A stretch of 25,998 bases of DNA, taken from the IMG/VR virus record IMGVR_UViG_3300050508_000500; one strand, written 5' to 3'. How positions within the stretch are numbered: the stretch's first letter is position 1; every line of letters begins with the position of its first letter. The position numbers and the translations under genes were made by a program. Source of the DNA: an uncultured virus (IMG/VR IMGVR_UViG_3300050508_000500). Its lineage: Duplodnaviria > Heunggongvirae > Uroviricota > Caudoviricetes. This document shows positions 25,099 to 25,998 of the stretch, piece by piece. The notes under the pieces are model-generated. The model ran no database searches. It was not told the DNA's origin and saw nothing but the letters and a program-made list of their open reading frames with translations.

Positions 25099-25755
25099 AT
25101 GCCAACCCTTGCCATAAGCGCATTTGGAATAGCCCTGCGCCTCGGGGACGGTATTCCAGCTGTTTTGAACATTACCGCTGCCACCAACGCCACGCCGATT
25201 GTCGTGACCACCGCAGCCGTCCATGGGATTGTCGATGTCTCCAAGGTGACCGTCACCAGCGTTGCCGGGAATACCGGGGCGAATGGAACCTGGATTGCTG
25301 AGGCCGTGACGCCCACGACCGCCCGGCTCCGGGGCTCAGTGGGGACCGGGGCCTACACGTCGGGTGGGGTATTCACCCTCGATAGTACGTATGCCACGAT
25401 TGCGGAAGTGACGGACATCCAGGACGCGGGCATCATGGCGTCGGTGATTAACGTAAGTGCTCACGACGGGATCGGTGGATGGGGCTCGCAAATCCCGACG
25501 ATGCTTTCCAATAACAGCATGCGGTTAGTCCTCAACCACGTCCCTGAACATGGCACGCACAATGAAGTCACCGGCCTCCTCTATCTCATGGAAAATCGCA
25601 TTCGTCGTCCGTACCTCCTCGTACTGCCTAATGCGACGAAGACTACATGGTGGATGTCTGGTTGGGTCACGGGTTGGCGCGATCAGGCGCCGGTCGCAGG
25701 GGCACTGACGGGGCAAGTCACGTTTGAATTTGATGGAGCGCCTATCTTAGCCTAG
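25099..25755 (+). CDS. Tail tube protein with inserted beta domain
   Basis: 'LRLGDG'..'TIAEVTDI', 'GWVTGW....PV.G.LT..VTF...GAP'; insertion 'ITAATNATPIVVTT..HG'. Confidence 0.8.
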   Translation: MPTLAISAFGIALRLGDGIPAVLNITAATNATPIVVTTAAVHGIVDVSKVTVTSVAGNTGANGTWIAEAVTPTTARLRGSVGTGAYTSGGVFTLDSTYATIAEVTDIQDAGIMASVINVSAHDGIGGWGSQIPTMLSNNSMRLVLNHVPEHGTHNEVTGLLYLMENRIRRPYLLVLPNATKTTWWMSGWVTGWRDQAPVAGALTGQVTFEFDGAPILA

Positions 25756-25998
25756 GCCCTCTTGTTGTAGGGTTTGGCTGGAGCGAGTGTCAGCAGTAAG
25801 GGTTGGACAGGAATGAGAGGCGCCTTCGCATGTTTCTTGGAGTTGCAGGATTGGCAGGCAGGAACCACATGCGCCAGTGTGTGCGCGCCGCCCTTACTGA
25901 TGGGGGTAAGGTGGTCTTGGGTCAGGCGTTTCATCTTGCGACGGCAATAGACACACCGATGACCGTAGGCACTTTTGATTTCTTCCCACTGTGCGGCG
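25752..25998 (-). CDS. HNH endonuclease (3' part; start lies beyond window)
   Basis: 'QWEEIKSAYGHRCVYC..LTQDHLTPISKGGAH...VVPACQSCNSKK'. Confidence 0.85.
   Translation of the reverse strand, partial: AAQWEEIKSAYGHRCVYCRRKMKRLTQDHLTPISKGGAHTLAHVVPACQSCNSKKHAKAPLIPVQPLLLTLAPAKPYNKRA

Noticed and set aside
1..25998. Genome-wide TGA reassignment as the explanation for the MuF stop
   Set aside because: TGA ends many genes here, often in ATGA/GTGA overlaps, and only one conserved gene is interrupted

Overview
High-GC tailed-phage (or prophage) morphogenesis region, probably siphovirus-type. Gene order: portal (DUF4055-like), MuF/SPP1-gp7 minor head protein, about 8 kb of accessory genes, scaffold, major capsid, antisense HNH endonuclease, cement, head-tail joining genes, tail-associated/fibre proteins, tail tube and a second antisense HNH. 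Three things stand out. (1) The MuF gene has an in-frame TGA exactly at the conserved Cys of its HxxCRS motif, followed by a SECIS-like hairpin, making it a candidate phage selenoprotein. (2) A cas-less type I-E-like CRISPR mini-array (repeat, 32-nt spacer, degenerate repeat) has its own putative promoter and terminator. (3) A lower-GC, apparently leaderless operon RHH-NurA-HerA-DNA methyltransferase, followed by a possible Gam-like gene, is inserted in the head module. All family calls come from reading motifs by eye, not from database searches.
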